From IMG/VR virus record IMGVR_UViG_3300034418_006598: a stretch of 20,000 nucleotides of DNA; one strand, written 5' to 3'. The stretch is from an uncultured virus (IMG/VR IMGVR_UViG_3300034418_006598) (Duplodnaviria; Heunggongvirae; Uroviricota; Caudoviricetes). The position numbers and the translations under genes were made by a program. The notes below the pieces were generated by a model. That model did not search any database, was not told where the DNA came from, and saw only the letters and a program-made list of their open reading frames with translations. Shown here in pieces: positions 15,283 through 20,000 of this stretch; the stretch's first letter is position 1, and the number at the start of each line of letters is the position of its first letter.

Positions 15283-15573
15283 GTGCAGACTTCACTGCCG
15301 AAACTGCTTGACGTGAGTCGGGCCAACCCCGACCGTGACGTGAAGGCGTCCACCTGGGTGGCCCACACTCACGCCGGACAGACCGACGTGTGGCACTACT
15401 CGACCCTGATGTTCACGGTGTCCGATGACCGTGACGTAGCGGCGATCTCGCCGGGTTGGGGATCGCAGTCCGACAAGGCCGGGGTGTCCCGCATCCTGCA
15501 GGGCTGGTCGGAAACGCCGACCGATGGCCCCGACCGGGTGCCGGTCCTCACCTACGCCGCCCTCTACGGGTGA
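15283..15573 (+). CDS. Hypothetical protein (WHYST...GWGSQSD)
   Basis: AGGAGG RBS before GTG. Confidence 0.75.
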   Translation: MQTSLPKLLDVSRANPDRDVKASTWVAHTHAGQTDVWHYSTLMFTVSDDRDVAAISPGWGSQSDKAGVSRILQGWSETPTDGPDRVPVLTYAALYG

Positions 15574-15674
15574 CGGGCAGGGGGTCGGGGTGGATGGTCC
15601 ACCCCGGCCCTGATGCCGTGCACCGGGAGGCCCTGACCCCGGCAAAAAGTTTCTGGAAAAGTTTGGGTGAAAGG

Positions 15675-15702
15675 TTGTTGTTCGTCCCGTGACCTGTAGA
15701 CT
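15675..15702 (+). promoter_or_regulatory. Promoter
   Basis: A-tracts, TTGTTG-N16-TAGACT. Confidence 0.55.
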
Positions 15703-15753
15703 GTTCTACAGGTGGCCGGAGGAGCCACCACCGACAGACTGGGAGGTCTGCAA

Positions 15754-15921
15754 ATGTCCATCATCTACGTGCCAACCAAGCGCCGCAAGATCAGTCGGGC
15801 GGCGTTCGGTCCCGGAGCGTTCCTCACCCGTGAGATGCGGGAGCGCCTGGAGGCCGCAGAGGCCCAGCGGGTCGCCCGGGATCACGCCCGGTGCGAGCGC
15901 CTGAACCAGGCGCAGGGCTAG
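15754..15921 (+). CDS. Small basic protein, paralogous to the N-terminus of 18134-18451
   Basis: GGAGG RBS; IIYVPTKRRKISR...GAFLT. Confidence 0.7.
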   Translation: MSIIYVPTKRRKISRAAFGPGAFLTREMRERLEAAEAQRVARDHARCERLNQAQG

Positions 15922-16034
15922 CGCCCAGGGGCGGGGGTCACACCCCGCCCCGCACCCCGGCCCGCCCCTGGCCGGGAGGCACCGACCCCGCATCGGCGCC
16001 CCGAAACTTTCTGCCAAGAAATCCGGCCCGGACG

Positions 16035-16062
16035 TTGGTTTCCTGACAGAACCTGCTACACT
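16035..16062 (+). promoter_or_regulatory. Promoter
   Basis: TTGGTT-N16-TACACT. Confidence 0.6.
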
Positions 16063-16091
16063 AGGAAGTGGTAAGGAAGAGGAGGGCCGAG

Positions 16092-16244
16092 ATGGCTCAG
16101 TTTGACAGGAGCGACGCACGTCGCCATCAGGAGAGGGTGGAGTGCGCCCGTGGGGTCTACGGCCCCGCTGCCAGCAGGGTTCTTGCGAACCGCAAGACCG
16201 ACAAGGAATGGGGGCAGTTCTATGCCCCTGAGGAGGGAGAGTGA
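16092..16244 (+). CDS. 50 aa hypothetical protein (not in ORF track)
   Basis: AGGAGG RBS; MAQFDRSDARRHQERVECARG... Confidence 0.55.
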   Translation: MAQFDRSDARRHQERVECARGVYGPAASRVLANRKTDKEWGQFYAPEEGE

Positions 16245-16247
16245 CCG

Positions 16248-16472
16248 ATGACTGACACCCCGACACCCGACCTCGTGGAACGGTTGCGAGTCAAGGTCCA
16301 CGGCGGTTATCCCGACGCAGATGCAATCGCTGCCGCCGACGAGATCGAACGGCTACAGGCGAGGTGCAAGCGGTGGGAGAACGCAGCGTTTCGGATGACC
16401 GGGATGTCGTCGATACGTGAGCGCAATGCTGAGTACCTCGCCGCCGCTACCGAGGAGCCGACCGATGACTGA
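16248..16472 (+). CDS. Phage 'DLVERLR...AADEIERL' coiled-coil protein
   Basis: GGAG RBS; characteristic motif. Confidence 0.75.
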   Translation: MTDTPTPDLVERLRVKVHGGYPDADAIAAADEIERLQARCKRWENAAFRMTGMSSIRERNAEYLAAATEEPTDD

Positions 16473-16746
16473 CACCCCGACACCCGGCGAAATCGTGAAG
16501 TGGCTGCTTGCCGATACGGCGTCGCTGGGGTGCGACTGCTCTTGGACGGATGCCGCAGACCGACCTAAGTCGTTGCGACAGATGGCCGCCGCCGAGATCG
16601 AACGGCTACAGGCGGAGGTCAACCTCGCTCGATCGGGAGACATCCCGCACCTGTTGGGGATGTTGGAAGCGTTCGACAGGCCCGCCCCGAAGTTCATCCA
16701 GACGAACCAAGACCGATGGAGAGAGGCCCTGTCCGATGACCGCTGA
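16465..16746 (+). CDS. Paralog with AAAEIERLQ motif
   Basis: GAGGAG RBS; same MTDTPTP start as the upstream gene. Confidence 0.7.
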   Translation: MTDTPTPGEIVKWLLADTASLGCDCSWTDAADRPKSLRQMAAAEIERLQAEVNLARSGDIPHLLGMLEAFDRPAPKFIQTNQDRWREALSDDR

Positions 16747-16912
16747 CCAGACACCCGACGTACGGCTGTTCTCGTTCACGCACCGAGGCGGCACCTACCA
16801 CCAAACCGTGATCGACGTTGGCCGCAAGGTCGAGGTCACCACATCCCCGACGGGGCGATCGGTTCATGTGTGGGTCGATGGCGTGAAGTGGGAACCGACC
16901 GATGACCGCTGA
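16736..16912 (+). CDS. Small beta-rich hypothetical protein
   Basis: GAGAGG RBS; shared junction motif. Confidence 0.65.
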   Translation: MTADQTPDVRLFSFTHRGGTYHQTVIDVGRKVEVTTSPTGRSVHVWVDGVKWEPTDDR

Positions 16913-17015
16913 CACCCCGCCCGACGAACTGAGGATCGGCACTGTGCGCTACGAACTCCGCGACGTCTCATCCGGTCGCTGCAAGCCGCCCGGCATCGGT
17001 AGCTACAAGGACTAG
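16902..17015 (+). CDS. 37 aa peptide or truncated cassette (not in ORF track)
   Basis: Begins with the same junction, MTADTPP. Confidence 0.4.
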   Translation: MTADTPPDELRIGTVRYELRDVSSGRCKPPGIGSYKD

Positions 17016-17060
17016 GATCACCTCCCCCCTGGGGGTGGGGGCTACGGCCCTCGCCCCCGC

Positions 17061-17252
17061 TGGGGACACCATCGGCAGGGATAGACACACAACCTTTGAG
17101 CGGGAGATGCTGACCCGCCTCCGGCGGCGCCCGCCTCCGCCCGCCTCCGTCCGCTTCCGCTCGCCGTTCCACATGGTGGACCCGTTCCACGATACGGAAC
17201 GCTGAAATATCTCACCTGACAGGGTGGAAAACGGTGCAGCAGCCGGTACTCT
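17061..17252 (+). repeat. Composite intergenic module, copy 4 (no LexA-like box)
   Basis: Polar motif 17061, about 50 bp nearly identical to copy 2, palindromes 17166-17182 and 17184-17200, GTGGAA-N17-TACTCT. Confidence 0.85.
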
Positions 17253-17303
17253 AGTGAATGGCGTTGGGGCCGGACGGTCCGCCTCCACCGCCTGGGAGAA
17301 ATC

Positions 17304-17768
17304 ATGATTGACCACTGCAAGCACGGCGTCTACGTCGGCGGCTGCGGCATCGACTGGATGTGCCACGCCTGCGAGATGGGCGACGTTGATCCGACGCCGA
17401 CCGAGGCTGCCGAGCACATGGTGACGGCGTTTGAGCGCTACATCAGCCGTCGCAGCGAGCTGCTGATGCTGATCGCATCGGCCAAGGCTGCCAACACCTC
17501 GGGTGATACGGCCCATCTGGACTCGCTCGCCGGTCGCATCCTGAACGGCGACCAGTCGCTGCTCGGTGCCGACAACTACGCCAACTTCCGCCGCGCCGTC
17601 AACAGCTGGCTGGAAGCCTGCGAGTGGGCCGAAGGGCCGGACGACAACGACTGGCTCGCCCGTCGCCACCGCATCCTCACCGAGCAGGAAATGGCATACC
17701 GTGAAGGTTGGGACATCAACGACCACATCGCCGCCCTTCCCCTTCACGTGCAGGAGGGCAGCTACTGA
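17304..17768 (+). CDS. Hypothetical protein with N-terminal CKHG...C...CxxC motif
   Basis: GGGAG RBS; strong codon bias. Confidence 0.8.
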   Translation: MIDHCKHGVYVGGCGIDWMCHACEMGDVDPTPTEAAEHMVTAFERYISRRSELLMLIASAKAANTSGDTAHLDSLAGRILNGDQSLLGADNYANFRRAVNSWLEACEWAEGPDDNDWLARRHRILTEQEMAYREGWDINDHIAALPLHVQEGSY

Positions 17769-17852
17769 ATCCTCCCCCCTCGCCCCGGTCCGGTTCACTC
17801 CGGGCCGGGGCGCCGGGGCCGGGGCCGACTTGCATTCTGGCCCGACCTGTGC

Positions 17853-18066
17853 TAGGGACACCATAGGTAGGGATAGACAAGCGCGTGCGTGCCGGGAGGT
17901 GCCCACCCGGGCGCAGCCCGCCTGCCGCCGAGCGTCCGCCGAGCGTCCGCCGGGGCGAACAGGCGTTCGTTCCGCATGGTGGAACAGTTCCGCATCGTGG
18001 AACCGAAACATTGGTCGAAATTTCTTTGGTGAAATGTGCCGCAACCCGTCCGAATGGGTGTACACT
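17853..18066 (+). repeat. Composite intergenic module, copy 5
   Basis: Polar motif 17853, CGAACAGGCGTTCG 17956-17969, palindromes 17969-17985 and 17987-18003, -10 TACACT 18061. Confidence 0.8.
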
Positions 18067-18133
18067 CGGTTCTACCGACACCGAGTCGGTGCCCCGCAGA
18101 TAGGGGCAGGATCCAGAACCGGGAGGGTTCACC

Positions 18134-18451
18134 ATGGATACCAAGATTGTTCACATCCCGATGCAGCGTCGGCCCATCAGCCGCAACCGCACGGGCGGCT
18201 TCCTCACCAAGGCCGAGAAGAAGGCCATGCAGGCCGAGGAAACCGCACGAGTCGAGCGTGACCGCCAGCGCTGCTACTGGGCCAACATGCTCGCCGCCCT
18301 AGAGGGTTGCCTGGTTCCGGGCTACGACCTCCACGGCCAGCGCATCGAGGCCGAGGCCACCGACGCCGACGCCGACGACGCCGAGGCCGAGGCCATCGAG
18401 CGTGCCGCCGAGCAGTCCGCCGAGGACAACCTGGGCGGCTTTACCGACTGA
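18134..18451 (+). CDS. Hypothetical protein with basic N-terminus and acidic C-terminus
   Basis: GGAGG RBS; IVHIPMQRRPISR...GGFLT. Confidence 0.75.
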   Translation: MDTKIVHIPMQRRPISRNRTGGFLTKAEKKAMQAEETARVERDRQRCYWANMLAALEGCLVPGYDLHGQRIEAEATDADADDAEAEAIERAAEQSAEDNLGGFTD

Positions 18452-18529
18452 TTCCTCCCCCGACCCCGGCCCGGTTCCCCCACCGGGTCGGGGCTACGGG
18501 AGCGACTTGCAATCCGGCGCAGGGTGTTC

Positions 18530-18577
18530 CCCCACACCTCGCCCCACACCTCGCCCCACACCTCGCCCCACACCTCG
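18530..18577. repeat. Tandem repeat, 4 x CCCCACACCTCG
   Basis: Four exact 12 bp units. Confidence 0.95.
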
Positions 18578-18633
18578 GGGCACACCCGACCCAAAGCAAT
18601 ACGCCGAGGAAACTCGGCGGGAGGAAAGACACA

Positions 18634-18912
18634 ATGGATATTTACTGCACCACCTGCGGAGAACCCTGGGACGTTGAGTCCCTCCACGATGCCGTGGAAG
18701 AGGGCAACGCCGAGGACTACCAAGACGCCCGCATGATCTTCTTCGGATCAGGCTGCGGAACCCTGTTCAACCGCCGCCCCTGCGAGCGCCCCGAGACTGG
18801 TGGCCCCGCCGTCATGCGTGCCAACGTCACCGCCGCCCTGGTCGATGTTCTCGGGGATGACCTCGACGGGATCGCATCTGAGCTAGAAGGCGCTGCCTGG
18901 ATGTTCAAGTAA
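18634..18912 (+). CDS. Conserved phage hypothetical protein (MDIYCxxCGEPWD type)
   Basis: GGAGG RBS; characteristic start and LGDDLDGIAS end. Confidence 0.8.
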   Translation: MDIYCTTCGEPWDVESLHDAVEEGNAEDYQDARMIFFGSGCGTLFNRRPCERPETGGPAVMRANVTAALVDVLGDDLDGIASELEGAAWMFK

Positions 18913-18988
18913 GACCTCCCCCAAACCCCGCCCCGGCATCCGTCGGGGTGGGGTGACGGGTGGACTTGCGTCCCGGCCCGAAGTGTGG

Positions 18989-19205
18989 TAGGGACACCAT
19001 CGGCTCTGTTAGGGAGCGCAGCCGCCGCCGGGAGGTCCCGACCCCTCCCGCTGCCCTCCGCCTACCCCCCGCCGGAGGCGAACACTCGTTCGTGCGAACG
19101 CCTGTTCGTTCCACAATGCGGAATCGTTCCACAATGCGGAACGGCGAAATCTCTCAGATTTCTGGCACGACATCCACCGCAACCCGTGCGAACGGTGATA
19201 GGGTA
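18989..19205 (+). repeat. Composite intergenic module, copy 6 (two LexA-like boxes)
   Basis: Polar motif 18989, CGAACACTCGTTCG 19079-19092, CGAACGCCTGTTCG 19095-19108, palindromes 19108-19124 and 19126-19142. Confidence 0.8.
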
Positions 19206-19253
19206 GTCGCAGACCTCCCCACAGGGGGGAGGCAACGCATCGGGAGGTGCACC

Positions 19254-19538
19254 ATGTGGAGAGAAATCCTGATCCTAGAATCCACGGTCCCGGCGGGCGA
19301 GTCCTACGACAAGCACGCCGCCAGGATCGCCGCCTATCTTCCCCTCAACTATGCGGTGATCCCGCCCTCGTTGAGGGAGATCGGACCCCCTACCGTCGTC
19401 CGCATCGCCGGGGTGGACCGTGCGGGGTGGACGGCGGACGAGTACGTCATCCCCCGCCTCGCTTCCGGGCTGATCGCCTGCCGGGTGGCGGATTGCGTTC
19501 CGATCACGCGGGAGCTTTCGATCCTGCTGGCACCGTGA
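19254..19538 (+). CDS. Conserved phage hypothetical protein (G.D.AGWT...YVIPRLASG type)
   Basis: GGAGG RBS; motif GVDRAGWTADEYVIPRLASG. Confidence 0.75.
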   Translation: MWREILILESTVPAGESYDKHAARIAAYLPLNYAVIPPSLREIGPPTVVRIAGVDRAGWTADEYVIPRLASGLIACRVADCVPITRELSILLAP

Positions 19539-19675
19539 GCGGGCAGCGGCGGGCATGGTCCCGTTGGCTGGACGTGGCGTTCCTAGTGGGAATGCTGGCA
19601 GTCATCACCTACTGCGCCCTGGCAATCTGGGCGAACGTGCAGGACCCTAGCGTCTGCTGGACTTCCTGCCCGTAG
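19535..19675 (+). CDS. 46 aa single-pass membrane peptide
   Basis: GTGA overlap; hydrophobic VAFLVGMLAVITYCALAIWA. Confidence 0.55.
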   Translation: MSGQRRAWSRWLDVAFLVGMLAVITYCALAIWANVQDPSVCWTSCP

Positions 19676-19697
19676 GGTGACACCGGGGCGGGGTGCC

Positions 19698-19791
19698 CCC
19701 ACACCCCGCCCACACCTCGCCCACACCCCGCACCCCACACCCCGCCCACACCTCGCCCACACCTCGCCCACACCCCGCACCCCACACCCCG
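19698..19791. repeat. Tandem repeat, 8 x CCCACACCYCG
   Basis: 11 bp units, two preceded by a CAC insertion. Confidence 0.9.
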
Positions 19792-19849
19792 GACCGCACC
19801 CCACCGATCCGGGGCCGGAAAGATTCCTGAGAAATATCGGCGGATGACG

Positions 19850-19877
19850 TTGCAAGCATCGCCCGCCACGCTATACT
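19850..19877 (+). promoter_or_regulatory. Near-consensus promoter
   Basis: TTGCAA-N16-TATACT after an A-rich tract. Confidence 0.7.
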
Positions 19878-19923
19878 GACAGCAGTCGCCCAACGGGGGC
19901 GGCAACTACCGCCGGGAGGCATC

Positions 19924-20000
19924 ATGCAATACATCACCGTTCGGGCAGCATACGGTCGGGAGTACCGTAACCAGACCGACGCCCGCAAGGACTGGAACGG
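19924..20000 (+). CDS. Partial conserved phage protein (AYGR.Y...DW type), 3' truncated
   Basis: GGAGG RBS; MQYITVRAAYGREYRNQTDARKDWN. Confidence 0.65.
   Translation, partial: MQYITVRAAYGREYRNQTDARKDWN

Noticed and set aside
17829..17858. TTGCAT-N17-TAGGGA (and TTGCGT-N17-TAGGGA near 18966) as a promoter explaining the polar motif
   Set aside because: The -10 lacks the near-invariant final T, and the other nine motif copies lack this -35.
11406..19205. CRISPR array or classical integron attC array
   Set aside because: The repeats are kilobases apart and imperfect, there are no uniform spacers, no RYYYAAC/GTTRRRY attC ends were seen, and there is no cas or integrase gene in the window.
19673..19684. 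TAGGGTGACACC as a twelfth polar motif
   Set aside because: It has a 2 nt insertion and no CAT-HGG-N6-TAG extension, so it was not counted.

Overview
GC-rich bacteriophage DNA, probably from an actinobacterial host (inferred from GC content, a terminase-small-subunit-like ORF, SigA/HrdB-type TTG..-N16/17-TANNNT promoters and Gram-positive-type CGAAC-N4-GTTCG boxes). The left part (1-5353) has a partial terminase-small-subunit-like gene, three ribbon-helix-helix-like regulators and a tRNA-Ile with a rare UAU anticodon. It also has a leftward block with a MoxR/CbbQ-type AAA ATPase, a metallopeptidase-vWA partner, a replication-initiator-C-terminal-like protein and two unknowns. After a divergent control region (5354-5654) lies a 14 kb rightward 'early-like' region of about 40 tiny genes, including DUF1281/YubB-like and DUF932-like genes. 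The most striking content is non-coding. (1) Twenty related promoters occur, many folded into long hairpins. (2) A strictly one-directional motif, TRGGGAYACCAT-HGG-N6-TAGACA, occurs 11 times. (3) Six composite ~130-150 bp modules join that motif to tandem GTTCC-N7-GGAAC palindromes and a promoter, four of them with LexA-like boxes. (4) There are two perfect CRP-type boxes. (5) A pseudoknot is followed by a tRNA-like RNA with a branched insertion in place of the anticodon loop. (6) There are C-rich tandem repeats. All protein family calls come from motif recognition by eye, not database searches.
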